Shown: positions 1 to 8,701 of the stretch, piece after piece
Numbering within the stretch: position 1 is the first letter of the stretch
Layout: the number at the start of each line of letters is the position of its first letter
NCBI GenBank assembly: GCA_964552505.1
Contig: CAZKHO010000001.1
Span: 1 to 61,879 of the forward strand
Source of the DNA: an uncultured Bifidobacterium sp.
Lineage (GTDB): Bacteria; Planctomycetota; Phycisphaerae; Phycisphaerales; SM1A02
Direction: 5' to 3'
DNA: 61,879 nt
Made by a program: the position numbers and the translations under genes
Notes under the pieces: model-generated
Databases searched by the model: none
What the model saw: only the letters and a program-made list of their open reading frames with translations
What the model was told of the DNA's origin: nothing

Positions 1-53
1 AGAGCGGAGCATTCATAACGCTCAGGTTGGCGGTTCGAGTCCGCCCTTCGGCA
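1..53 (+). tRNA. 3' portion of a tRNA with CAU anticodon (elongator Met or Ile2-type); the 5' part is off-window
   Basis: Anticodon stem 7-11/19-23 with loop TTCATAA (CAT at 14-16). 5-nt variable region at 24-28. T-arm GGCGG/TTCGAGT/CCGCC at 29-45. Acceptor 3' strand 46-52 plus discriminator A53. No GGG:CCC anticodon stem, so not an initiator. CCA is not encoded. Confidence 0.75.
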
Positions 54-59
54 CTTCCC

Positions 60-89
60 AAGGCCCGCGCCGCGTCCGGCGCGGGCCTT
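60..89 (+). terminator. Hairpin directly after the tRNA, a likely intrinsic terminator
   Basis: Perfect 12-bp stem AAGGCCCGCGCC (60-71) / GGCGCGGGCCTT (78-89) with a 6-nt loop. Followed by the T-containing tail TTGGCGTTTCC. Confidence 0.55.
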
Positions 90-293
90 GGCGTTTCCGC
101 TGCCCCGGACCGTCCGCGGCCCGGAGCGGCGACCTCCACAAGGCCCGCCAGCACCCGCTCGCGGCCGCCACAGGAAGCCGCCCGAATCCGACCATGGCCG
201 CACCGCGGGTCATGGTCCCCGCGGACCTTGCACCTGAGCGGGCGAAGACCGGTCGAAGTCGAACGGCGACGACCCGCCGTCAGGAGCCAAGTC

Positions 294-1004
294 ATGCACC
301 ATCCCAGCGTCATCGTCCCGTTCTCCGTCTCGGCCGCGCTCGCCCTCTCGATGGCCGCGCACGGCGGCGTGGTCTTCACCGGCACCCAGCTGCGCGTCCA
401 GGCGTCCGTGCCGGCCGCGTCGCCCACCGTCAACGAAAGCGTGGCCAGTGGTGTGGAGGAGAGCCTCTTCGCCGACGTGTCCATCCAGACATGGCTGCAC
501 GAGGGCCAGTTTCCCAACGACCACTGGTACCTGCCGGGCGCCTACACCTCCGGCGGCGCACACGCACAGAACATCCTGGGGCAGGCCGGCCTTGTGGTGA
601 TGGGAGACTTCATCGAGTACATGCAGGGCGCCAACCGGCTCACGGTGACCTGCGACTTCGTGGTGGAGGATGAGACCCGCGGATACGCCGCGTCGATCGA
701 CATCTTCCGGCCCACGAGCAGCGGCTACTCCAGCGGATTCCTCCGGCTGACGCGCGACGGCACCCAGACCGTGCTGGAGCAGACCATCCAGGCGGTGGAC
801 TCGCCCGTGCGGTACGAGTGGTCCACGCTGGGCGAACTGCCGCCCGGTGCGTACACGCTGGAGTTCGACGTGTCCCGCTGGTTTTCCGACAGCCCGTTGT
901 CCTGGAACGAGACCACCGTCCGCATGGAGTTCTCCATGCCCACCCCCGGAGCCGCTGCGCTGCTGCTGGCCGCCGCCGGCGTGGCCCGGCGCCGCCGTCG
1001 GTGA
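294..1004 (+). CDS. Secreted protein with a PEP-CTERM-type C-terminal sorting signal
   Basis: ATG at 294 in frame with ORF 27..1004. N-terminal signal-like segment (VPFSVSAALALSMAAHG). C-terminus is MPTPGAAALLLAAAGVARRRRR, i.e. a PEP-like motif, a hydrophobic helix and an Arg cluster. The upstream part of the ORF would overlap the tRNA and hairpin, so it is not used. Confidence 0.7.
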   Translation: MHHPSVIVPFSVSAALALSMAAHGGVVFTGTQLRVQASVPAASPTVNESVASGVEESLFADVSIQTWLHEGQFPNDHWYLPGAYTSGGAHAQNILGQAGLVVMGDFIEYMQGANRLTVTCDFVVEDETRGYAASIDIFRPTSSGYSSGFLRLTRDGTQTVLEQTIQAVDSPVRYEWSTLGELPPGAYTLEFDVSRWFSDSPLSWNETTVRMEFSMPTPGAAALLLAAAGVARRRRR

Positions 1005-1011
1005 GTCGAGC

Positions 1012-1049
1012 GCCGCGGTGCGACGCGCCCCGTGACGTCGCACCGCGGC
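1012..1049 (+). terminator. Strong hairpin after the PEP-CTERM gene
   Basis: Perfect 14-bp stem GCCGCGGTGCGACG (1012-1025) / CGTCGCACCGCGGC (1036-1049) with a 10-nt loop, 8 nt after the stop codon. No clear U-tract. Confidence 0.45.
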
Positions 1050-1072
1050 CTTCCGCTAGGCTGTCGGTTCAT

Positions 1073-1327
1073 ATGGGGTTCTTCTTCCGGAAATCGATCG
1101 GACGCGGACCGCTCCGGATCAACCTGAGCAAGTCGGGCGTGGGCTGGTCGCTGGGCATTCCGGGTCTGCGGTTGGGACGATCGGCCACCGGCCGCACCAC
1201 CACGCGCGCCGGCATCCCTGGCACGGGCATGGGGTGGCAGTCCAGCGGCAAGTCGGGCTGCCTGGTCCCCCTGGCCATCGTGCTCGCCGGCGTCTGGGGC
1301 GTCCTGACGACGACGCTGCTCCGCTGA
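1073..1327 (+). CDS. DUF4236-like small protein with a C-terminal TM helix
   Basis: Starts MGFFFRKSIGRGPLRINLSKSGVGWSLGIPGLRLG, matching the DUF4236 N-terminal signature as I remember it. C-terminal hydrophobic helix CLVPLAIVLAGVWGVL. Confidence 0.65.
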   Translation: MGFFFRKSIGRGPLRINLSKSGVGWSLGIPGLRLGRSATGRTTTRAGIPGTGMGWQSSGKSGCLVPLAIVLAGVWGVLTTTLLR

Positions 1328-1358
1328 CCGCTTTGACGGCGGCAGGCGTGCCGTGCGA

Positions 1359-1388
1359 TTGACATCAGGCACCACGCGAAGGTATTCC
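1359..1388 (+). promoter_or_regulatory. Possible sigma70-type promoter upstream of the 1487 gene
   Basis: TTGACA at 1359-1364, then an 18-nt spacer, then TATTCC at 1383-1388. About 100 nt upstream of the ATG. The -10 is weak. Confidence 0.2.
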
Positions 1389-1486
1389 CGGCGCTCCGGG
1401 TCGCTTCGTGGCGTGGATCCGGGCCATGGCGTCGCGGCGCGGAGCGACGGTGGCGATCCAGCCAACGCGCCTCACGGAGCCCCATC

Positions 1487-3655
1487 ATGCGCATCTCCGC
1501 TCGTCGGCCCTCCCCGCGCCTGCCCGCTTCACTCCTTCTGTGCATGGTCGCCGCCGGCTGCACCACGCACATGGAGGACGCGGTGAACCCCTATCACGAC
1601 GGTCAGTTCGACCTGGCCGCCGCGCAGGTGGAGAAGGTGGCGCCTTCGGTGGCGGCGGACGGACGCCTGAAGGGGCTGGAGGTGGAACACAAGAAGGATC
1701 GTCTGTGGGCGGGTCTGGAGAAGGCCAAGATCCTGCAGGACCAGGGGTCGTTCGCCGCCAGCCTGGATCTCTACACATGGGTGGACGCGGAGGCCGCGGA
1801 CCTTCGAAAGATCGAGTCGTGGTACGCGCAGAACCCCGCCAATCCCGCGTCGTGGGACGCCGGCCAGTTCCTGCAGGACATCGGCCAGACCGTGGTGGGC
1901 GCGGACCAGACCGACTATCTGCTGCAGCCGTACGAGATGATCCTGGCCAACAGCTACATGACGCTGGACGCCCTGATGACCCGACGCCCCGCCGAGTCCT
2001 GCGCGCTCAGCACCATCCAGCTGCAGGAGTGGGAACAGCGCGACCTGGAACTGGCGGGCGAGGAGGTGGCGCAGCCGGATCTGGCCAAGCTGGACACCCA
2101 GCTGGCCGGCAAGGCCGACTCCGGCGTCCCGCAAGGTTTCTCGTTCCAGAAGGCCTTCCAGGAGACGCCCACGGGATCCACCCGCGACGGATTCGGTCCC
2201 TCCAAGGCCGCGCTGTCCGAGGCCATCGCGCGCGCCAAGGCCACGCACTGCAACGATCCGCGCGTGGCCTTCGGCTATCTGATGTCGTGGGCCGCCTACG
2301 TCAACACGGGCAGCACACCCAAGGCCTCCGCCGTGCGCGAGTTCTTCCAGTCCACCTGCGGCGCCTCGCGCCTGGCCGGCCAGATGAAGGTGCACGAGTC
2401 GGCCAAGTCCCAGGACTTCGTGCTGGTGGTGCTGGGCTCGGGCAAGGCGCCCGACCGCGACTACTTCAGCGTCCGCATCCCCATCCCCATCCCCAACGTG
2501 GGCATCGGCTACTACCGCGGCGTCTATCCGTTCCTGCGCTTCCGCACCGACGGCCGTCCGCGGCAGTTTGCGGTGACCGCGGCGGGCAACCGGGTGCAGG
2601 CGGAGCAGATCGATTCCATCGACGCCATCGCCGCGCGCAACTTTCAGCGCCGGGAGCTGGAACTCTGGCTCATCCCCACGCTTCGTGGCGTGATCCGGAC
2701 CGCAGCCTCCATGGCCGGCCAGAAGGTGCTGAAGGACAACGATCAGGGACTCGCCGCCCTGGGCGTGGCGGTGGCGGGTCTGGTGGTGGCCGAGGCCGAA
2801 CAGGCCGACCTGCGCATCTGGCGCACGCTTCCCGCGGAGCATCATGCCGTGCTGGTGCCGCGACCCGCGGACGGCAAGCTGCGCATCGACTTCGACGACG
2901 GCACCACCGCCGGATCGATCGACACGCAGGTGGAGCCGGGCACGTCGCTGGTGTACGCACGCGTGATCACGCCCACCCGACACACCGCCGCGTTCTGCGC
3001 GCCGTTGCGGTCGGGCCGGCCGTCGGGCCAGGCCTCGTCCGATCGCGGCTCCGCCTCACCGCAACCACAGGACACCGCAGACACCGCCGACGCTTGGGCG
3101 GCGTCCACGCCGTCGAAGCCCAGCGCACCCACCGCGGCACCGGCGCGCGCCGCGACGGAGTCCCCCGCGTTCGCCCCGCCAGCGGCCCCAGTCCGGACCA
3201 ACGCCGTCAGCGCAAAACCAAACTCGCCTCGACCCCCTGCGCCCACGCCACCTCCTGCCGTTGCAGTGGCCGCGCCAGCCACCGCGCGCCCGACCGGCTT
3301 GACCGCCCCCACGCCCGAATCCCCGCGCACGCTCACCGTGGTGGATCTCTCCTCCGGTCAGGGGCCGCGCGCCGCCGACGGAGACCTGGTGAGCTACCAC
3401 TACACCTGCTCGCTGACGGACGGCCGGGTGGTGTTCGACGGTCGCCGCGGCGCCGCACGAACCAGGCCCGCGGGCTCGGACGCCATCCCCACCGGTCTGG
3501 GCCTTGGACTGCGCGGCGCGCGCGAAGGCATGCACCGGCGCATCACGGTCCCGCCGGACCTGGGCTACGGGGACGCGGGACAGCCGGAGGGCGGGATCCC
3601 GCCCGGCGCCACGCTGGTCTTCGACCTGTGGATCGACCGCGTCCGCAGCCCCTGA
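1487..3655 (+). CDS. Lipoprotein with a long Pro/Ala linker and a C-terminal FKBP-type PPIase-like domain
   Basis: Lipobox LLLCMVAAGC. C-terminal DLVSYHYTCSLTDGRVVFDG...ITVPPDLGYGD...IPPGATLVFDLWIDRV matches the FKBP pattern, with a degenerate middle. The N-terminal 450 aa may be the COG3014-type lipoprotein often found next to lpoB/ycfL (tentative). Confidence 0.7.
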   Translation: MRISARRPSPRLPASLLLCMVAAGCTTHMEDAVNPYHDGQFDLAAAQVEKVAPSVAADGRLKGLEVEHKKDRLWAGLEKAKILQDQGSFAASLDLYTWVDAEAADLRKIESWYAQNPANPASWDAGQFLQDIGQTVVGADQTDYLLQPYEMILANSYMTLDALMTRRPAESCALSTIQLQEWEQRDLELAGEEVAQPDLAKLDTQLAGKADSGVPQGFSFQKAFQETPTGSTRDGFGPSKAALSEAIARAKATHCNDPRVAFGYLMSWAAYVNTGSTPKASAVREFFQSTCGASRLAGQMKVHESAKSQDFVLVVLGSGKAPDRDYFSVRIPIPIPNVGIGYYRGVYPFLRFRTDGRPRQFAVTAAGNRVQAEQIDSIDAIAARNFQRRELELWLIPTLRGVIRTAASMAGQKVLKDNDQGLAALGVAVAGLVVAEAEQADLRIWRTLPAEHHAVLVPRPADGKLRIDFDDGTTAGSIDTQVEPGTSLVYARVITPTRHTAAFCAPLRSGRPSGQASSDRGSASPQPQDTADTADAWAASTPSKPSAPTAAPARAATESPAFAPPAAPVRTNAVSAKPNSPRPPAPTPPPAVAVAAPATARPTGLTAPTPESPRTLTVVDLSSGQGPRAADGDLVSYHYTCSLTDGRVVFDGRRGAARTRPAGSDAIPTGLGLGLRGAREGMHRRITVPPDLGYGDAGQPEGGIPPGATLVFDLWIDRVRSP

Positions 3656-3703
3656 GGCCCGACACACGCGCACTTCCGGCGGGCCGGACGCTTTCGTGCG
3701 GAC

Positions 3704-4351
3704 TCACTTGGTGATCGGGAACGCCGGGCTGCAGATGATGGTGCCGGTGACGGCGTCCATCAGTCGCGCGCGCAGTTCGTACTGCGTCTCCGTTGGCACG
3801 CTCCGGCCGTCCACCGGAACCTCCTGGCGGCAGACGTCGATCTTCATCAGCACGTCCGCCTTGGAGAGCCCCTCGGCGAAGACCCGGCCGGTCTTCTGGT
3901 TGTAGCGCTTGTCGAAGTCCTGCCTGCGTGCGCGCTCGCCGGCCTTCCAGTAGTTGGGGGCGTCGGGTTCGACGGACTGCGCAAAGGTGCCGATGTCGTT
4001 CTTGGCGAAGTCCGTCTCCAGCTTGACGAAGAAGTCGTCGTGGCGCGCCACGTCCCACGTGAGCTTGCCGGTGCGGTTCTGGAACTCGTCCAGAAGGATC
4101 ACCAGATCCTGCGTATTGGGGTTCTCCCGTCGCACGCGATCCACGAATCGCTTCCATTGCGGCGAGGCGGCGATCTGGCTTGACAGATCCTGCGCGGCGC
4201 GGCGCATGTCCGACTGGTCCACGTCGACCTCGCGCTGCGCCCTGGAGGCGCTGGAGGCGGCGCAGCCGGGAACGGCGGTCGACACCACCGCCACGGCCAG
4301 CACGGCCAGAGGCGCGGCGACGCTGCAGAGTGGGTTCCGGAATCGCGTCAT
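3704..4351 (-). CDS. LpoB-like (COG3417) lipoprotein
   Basis: Lipobox AVPGC. ILLDEFQNRTGKL and ELRARLMDAVTGTIICS resemble E. coli LpoB segments LLVDSVNNRTNGS and QMQLMLVQTGEIIWSG. Lies 13 nt downstream of the YcfL-like gene, the same order as E. coli ycfL-lpoB. Confidence 0.6.
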   Translation of the reverse strand: MTRFRNPLCSVAAPLAVLAVAVVSTAVPGCAASSASRAQREVDVDQSDMRRAAQDLSSQIAASPQWKRFVDRVRRENPNTQDLVILLDEFQNRTGKLTWDVARHDDFFVKLETDFAKNDIGTFAQSVEPDAPNYWKAGERARRQDFDKRYNQKTGRVFAEGLSKADVLMKIDVCRQEVPVDGRSVPTETQYELRARLMDAVTGTIICSPAFPITK

Positions 4352-4364
4352 GGAAGCGGTCCTT

Positions 4365-4769
4365 TCAGCCCTTGGCTGGGCGGAGGGTCATCCGAAAGTC
4401 GGTGGCGTCCCGGGAGCCGGCCTGCTGGATCTCGCGCGACTGGCCAGGCTGCAGTTCCAGCCTCTCCCACTCGCGTCGCCCACCCACGCTGACGCCATCC
4501 TGATCGAACCAGTCGAAGGCGGCCTCCACGGTTCGCGTGCCGGTGCCGTCGTTGCGGACGGTCACCTGCGCCAGCTTGCCCGTGCCACGCGCGTCGATGC
4601 GCGCAGAAACCACCTTCACGTCCGCGGCCAGCAGCGGATCGCGCTCCACGCGACGCAGGTCCACGTTGGAGGGCGGCTGCGTGGTGGCGTAGGTGTTCAC
4701 GGCGTTGCACGCGGCCAGCAGGGCGGGAAGCACCAGGGCGAAGACCGGTCGTCGGAGGCCTTCAAGCAT
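4365..4769 (-). CDS. YcfL-like (DUF1425) lipoprotein
   Basis: Start chosen at MLEGLRRPVFALVLPALLAACN (lipobox LAAC). The beta-rich body (VKVVSARIDARGTGKLAQVTVRNDGTGTRTVEAAFDWFDQDG) is typical of YcfL. Adjacent to the LpoB-like gene. Confidence 0.55.
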   Translation of the reverse strand: MLEGLRRPVFALVLPALLAACNAVNTYATTQPPSNVDLRRVERDPLLAADVKVVSARIDARGTGKLAQVTVRNDGTGTRTVEAAFDWFDQDGVSVGGRREWERLELQPGQSREIQQAGSRDATDFRMTLRPAKG

Positions 4770-4776
4770 GGCGAGA

Positions 4777-4785
4777 TGGTAGCAT
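4777..4785 (+). promoter_or_regulatory. Extended -10-like element TGGTAGCAT in the divergent intergenic region
   Basis: An AT-richer island in GC-rich DNA with a TGnTAnnnT pattern. The same TAGCAT hexamer recurs at 41436-41441 and, on the minus strand, at 43654-43659. Confidence 0.2.
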
Positions 4786-4920
4786 CGTCTGCCGCGCGAC
4801 CCGCCGGAACGCGCCCGCAAACAACGTCACGATTCGATGCAAATCACGTCCGGAGGAGCGTCCAGAGGATGAGGTCCCGGCACCCGCCCTGCGCGGACTC
4901 CGCGACCCGAGAGACGAACC

Positions 4921-7173
4921 ATGCCATCCATCGACCGATTCCTGCGCGCCCTTCCGGTGGTGCTGGCCCTGCTTCCGGCCACGTCGCCCACGCTGGCCAT
5001 GGGTCAGGCGGAGTCGTGGATGCGCTCGGAGGGATACGAGCCGGGCTGGAACGACGCCACGCAGCGCGCGGTGTTCGTGGGCATCGCTCCCGTGTCGGTG
5101 GCGCCGGATCAGCCGGACTACCTGACGCAGCGGGCGCAGGCGGCCGAGGAGGCCATCGCGGACGCTCGACGACAGGCGGCGGAGTGGCTGGGTGCCCGCA
5201 TCGCCGCGTCCATCGACCGCCAGACGGATCTGAAGCGGTTCACCGGAAGCGAAATGGCCGGAGCTCTGGACGCGGGCCGGCGGTCAGGCTTCATCGCTGA
5301 CGAGCGCCTGGACCAGGTCACCCGCGTGTCCGCCGAAGCCGCCCTGGCGGGATGCGTGGCCCTGCAGACCTTCGAGGACGTGGATGATCGCGGCGCCGGC
5401 ATCGAGGCGGTGGTGGCGGTCTCGCCCAAGTTCGCAAGCTGGATCATGTCCGGCGGCTCCATCGGCGGCGAGCGTGGCCCGCGCGGGACTCCCCTGCCGG
5501 AATGGTTCGAGTCCCTCTCACCCGCGGAACTGAGCCGTTCCTATGGCACGCGCTTCGTGGCGGACGAGCAGGGTCGGATCCACCTGGTGGCGTTCGGGCA
5601 CGAGCCCGTGCCGCAGCCAGCGGACCCGGGTCTGGCGGACGGCGCGCGTGACGCCGCCTCCAGCCAGGCGATCCTGCACGCGTCGCTGGCTCTGGCGGCT
5701 CGGCTGGAGTCGGACGCGCTCTGCGCCGCCATGGCCAACGCACGCCGCGGCAGCGCACTGCCTCCGTCGCAGTCCAGCGTGAAGTCCTTCCGCTCCTCGG
5801 TGCAGGACCGCGCCGCACTCACGGCCCGCGGGCTGCACGCCCTTGGCACGCGCACCATCACCGACCCCACCTCCCGGCAGCCCCTCTGCGTGGCCGCATG
5901 CGACGTGCTGCTGGGAAGCGCCCCAGGCCAGACGCCGGCGCCCGCCGCACGCGTGGGCGGCTGTCCGCCGGTGCCCGACCGCATGCGCGCCGCCACCCGT
6001 CAGGTCCAGGCCGAGGGCCGCGGCGCCACCGAAGAAGCGGCCATCGCCGCCGCGCTGAAGGCCGCCATCGATCGCGAGGGCGTGCAGGTGGAGGCCAGCG
6101 GCCTGCTTCGCAAGCAGTACGACGCGGCTCGCGAGCGCGTGAACGGCGAAGTCAAGCAGAAGGCCTCCGCATACACGCGCCAGGACACCACCGTGCGGAC
6201 CTTCTCCACAGGCTTCGTCCACTCGTTCGAGGTGGTGGCCCGCCAGCCGGTGGACGGCGTGCAGCAGGTGACCATCTGCGCCAACCTGGTGCGATTCGAT
6301 CCCAAGGACCCGCGGTTCGGCCTGCCGCCCACCGTGGCGGTGGTCTCGCTGACGGGTCGCCCCGGCACCGTGGAAGTGGCGCATCGGATGGAGGCCCCCG
6401 GCGCCTGCCTGCGTCTGGCGGAGTCGGCGCTGGAGTCCACTCTCCGCGCGTCGGGCCGATACATGCTCATCGACGACCGCCTGCGGCCCGTGCTGCAGAA
6501 GGTGCGACGCGACATGGCGGACCGCGCCGCGCGTGGGCAGGTGGACGAGCAGGAGCTGATCAAGCTGGGACGCGAACTCACCGCGGACTTCCTGCTGGTG
6601 GTGGAGCTGGATCGCGCGGAGTTCTCCGGCGCCGCGGGCCCGCGCCCCAATGTGACGCCCGACGACACCGCGTCCGCCGCCCTGTCGGGACGACTGGTGA
6701 ACGTGGCGGACGGCTCCGTGGCATGGAGCGGCACCGCCAACGAGATGCTCTCGCAGCGCGACCTCTGGATGGCCTGGAACCGCAACCCGGAGCATCCCGA
6801 GGAGACACGGCTGTCCCCGATCGAGGTGGCCATGAGCCGAGCCTCGGTGCGACTGGCGGAGTCGCTGCGACTGGAGGGACTGGGCGGAACCCCGGCCTCC
6901 GCGCCTGTCCGTCTGCTGGGCGTTTCGCGCGGACCCTCCAGGGAGATCCGACTGGACGGCACGCACCCGTCCGTGAAGCCCGGCGCCCGGTTTGCGGTGG
7001 AGAACCTGGTGCGGGTGGACCTGCCCGACGGCCGCAGCGAGATCGAACGAGACCGCGTGGCGGTGCTGGAAGTCACCACGGTGCAGGGTGGCGTGGCCAC
7101 CGCAAAGGTGGTGGAAGGCGACGCGGATCTGATCGAAGCGTCCATCTGCGAGGTGGTGCCACTGGCCAAGTGA
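4921..7173 (+). CDS. Secreted protein with an LPP20/FlgT-like N-terminal region and a CsgG/LpoB-like central domain (tentative)
   Basis: Signal peptide LRALPVVLALLPATSPTLAMG. The segment PPTVAVVSLTG...LRASGRYMLIDDRLRPVLQKVRRDM...LGRELTADFLLVVELDRAEF resembles the CsgG/LpoB/FlgO fold pattern. The N-terminal region is paralogous to the 7199 gene. Confidence 0.6.
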   Translation: MPSIDRFLRALPVVLALLPATSPTLAMGQAESWMRSEGYEPGWNDATQRAVFVGIAPVSVAPDQPDYLTQRAQAAEEAIADARRQAAEWLGARIAASIDRQTDLKRFTGSEMAGALDAGRRSGFIADERLDQVTRVSAEAALAGCVALQTFEDVDDRGAGIEAVVAVSPKFASWIMSGGSIGGERGPRGTPLPEWFESLSPAELSRSYGTRFVADEQGRIHLVAFGHEPVPQPADPGLADGARDAASSQAILHASLALAARLESDALCAAMANARRGSALPPSQSSVKSFRSSVQDRAALTARGLHALGTRTITDPTSRQPLCVAACDVLLGSAPGQTPAPAARVGGCPPVPDRMRAATRQVQAEGRGATEEAAIAAALKAAIDREGVQVEASGLLRKQYDAARERVNGEVKQKASAYTRQDTTVRTFSTGFVHSFEVVARQPVDGVQQVTICANLVRFDPKDPRFGLPPTVAVVSLTGRPGTVEVAHRMEAPGACLRLAESALESTLRASGRYMLIDDRLRPVLQKVRRDMADRAARGQVDEQELIKLGRELTADFLLVVELDRAEFSGAAGPRPNVTPDDTASAALSGRLVNVADGSVAWSGTANEMLSQRDLWMAWNRNPEHPEETRLSPIEVAMSRASVRLAESLRLEGLGGTPASAPVRLLGVSRGPSREIRLDGTHPSVKPGARFAVENLVRVDLPDGRSEIERDRVAVLEVTTVQGGVATAKVVEGDADLIEASICEVVPLAK

Positions 7174-7198
7174 CGGCCGACCACGTCGCCCGCAACCC

Positions 7199-8674
7199 AT
7201 GAACATCCCCACTGACCATCCAAACAAGACCCCCATGCGCCACAACAACTCGCCGTTCCTGTTCGTCCGCCGCACGTTGACCGGCATCGCCGGCGCCGCG
7301 TGCCTTGTCCTGCTCAACGCGGCGGTTGCGCAGGCGCCGGCAACGCCGCCCGCATGGGACGGCCCCACGGTGGACACGGTGTGGCTGGAGGAGCCGACGC
7401 GCGGAACCGGCGCCATGGCGGCGCCCGGCCGTTCGGCGGTCGATCAGGCGCAGGACCTGCTGGTGTCGCGCCAGCTGGAGCCGGGCTTCAACCGCAACAC
7501 CGGACTCTTTGTGGCCATCGGCAGCTCCGCCATCGGCGCCAACTGCGGTGACGAGGGCTTCGCCGATTCGCGCGAGCAGGCCTTCCTGATGGCCATGCTG
7601 GACGCCAAGCGCCAGCTGGCGCAGTTCATCGCCGCGCAGGTGGCCACGGAGGCGGAGCAGTCGCTGCGGCAGTCGAGCGCGTCGGAATCCACCACGCCCC
7701 AGACCGCGCGAAACCCGGGCGCCGTGCCGGCCGAACTGGTCCAGCGCGCGCTGAGGATGACCGAGCCCGCTCCCGGCATCGACATCGATCCCGCCACCAA
7801 CCAAAAGGATCCGCCCCCTGCCCCCGTCCAGCGCCAGCGCAAGCTGCTCATGGAACAGTCCTTCAAGGACCGGCTGGCGGTGGTGGCTCTGGCGGAGGTG
7901 GCCGGCCTGCAGGCCTACCGAACGTTCGAGTCCACCGGACCCAAGGGCGGCGAGGTGGCCGTGATCGCCGCCTACAGCCGAAGCTCCGGCGATCTGGCGC
8001 GATCGCTGCTGGGCAAGGGCCCCGCGCCCAAGGGCGTCCGTGGCGTCTCGATCCCACAGTGGGCCCGAAGCCTGTCCACGGACCAGCTGCTCTACACCCA
8101 CGGCGCGCAGCTCCGCGTGGACGAGAACGGCGACGTGGTGCTGGTGTCGTTCGGCATGAGCACGCCCGCCTTCGACAGCCCCATGCTCAACAAGCAGGCC
8201 CGCGACGACGCGCGCAACGAGGCCTTCCGCGCCGCGCGCCTGTTCCTGGGCAGCCTGATCGAGGACCTGGAGTCCAGCACCCGCGGGGAGGACGCCAAGG
8301 TCCACTCCGACGAGGTCACCAAGGTGTCCAACACCAGTGAACGGGCGCTGCGCATCCGAGCGCGCGCCGACGCACTGGATCTGAAGGGCGGCTCCAGCGT
8401 GCATGGCTGGCATGCCCAGCACCCGTGCATGAAGCAGGGCGCGGAGACCTTTGGGTGCGTGATGAAGTTCTCCCTGCGCGACGCGCAGGCAGCCAACGAA
8501 CTGGCGGACCTCTTCCGTGCCGCCAAGGGCTGGGAGGGCGGCAACGGCGTCACCACGCGTACGCCGCGTCAGCCGCAGGGCGTTTCCGGCGGCACCCCCG
8601 CCACGGGCGCCGCCGGAGAGCTGGATCCAGGCGCCGCCACCCGTGGCGGCGCGGGCGTGCGTGGCGTGGACTGA
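7199..8674 (+). CDS. Secreted protein, an N-terminal paralogue of the preceding gene
   Basis: Signal-like LTGIAGAACLVLLNAAVAQAPA. GLFVAIGSSAIG...REQAFLMAMLDAKRQLAQFIAAQVATEAEQ aligns by eye with AVFVGIAPVSV...RAQAAEEAIADARRQAAEWLGARIAASIDRQ of the 4921 gene. The start could instead be the ATG at 7235. Confidence 0.6.
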   Translation: MNIPTDHPNKTPMRHNNSPFLFVRRTLTGIAGAACLVLLNAAVAQAPATPPAWDGPTVDTVWLEEPTRGTGAMAAPGRSAVDQAQDLLVSRQLEPGFNRNTGLFVAIGSSAIGANCGDEGFADSREQAFLMAMLDAKRQLAQFIAAQVATEAEQSLRQSSASESTTPQTARNPGAVPAELVQRALRMTEPAPGIDIDPATNQKDPPPAPVQRQRKLLMEQSFKDRLAVVALAEVAGLQAYRTFESTGPKGGEVAVIAAYSRSSGDLARSLLGKGPAPKGVRGVSIPQWARSLSTDQLLYTHGAQLRVDENGDVVLVSFGMSTPAFDSPMLNKQARDDARNEAFRAARLFLGSLIEDLESSTRGEDAKVHSDEVTKVSNTSERALRIRARADALDLKGGSSVHGWHAQHPCMKQGAETFGCVMKFSLRDAQAANELADLFRAAKGWEGGNGVTTRTPRQPQGVSGGTPATGAAGELDPGAATRGGAGVRGVD

Positions 8675-8701
8675 TCCGCGGCCACACCGCACAGCGATAC
8701 C

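Noticed and set aside
27-293. N-terminal extension of track ORF 27..1004 (start at 27)
   Set aside because: It would overlap the tRNA 3' end and the terminator hairpin, and it encodes an Arg/Pro/Ser-rich leader. The internal ATG at 294 gives a normal signal-peptide-like N-terminus.
1408-3714. 768-aa plus-strand ORF, together with the minus-strand ORFs 1529..2983 and 2842..3336, overlapping the lipoprotein/FKBP gene
   Set aside because: Extreme Arg/Gly/Pro/His composition and no motifs. Typical off-frame or antisense open frames of GC-rich DNA. The 1487..3655 frame has a lipobox, normal composition and an FKBP-like domain.
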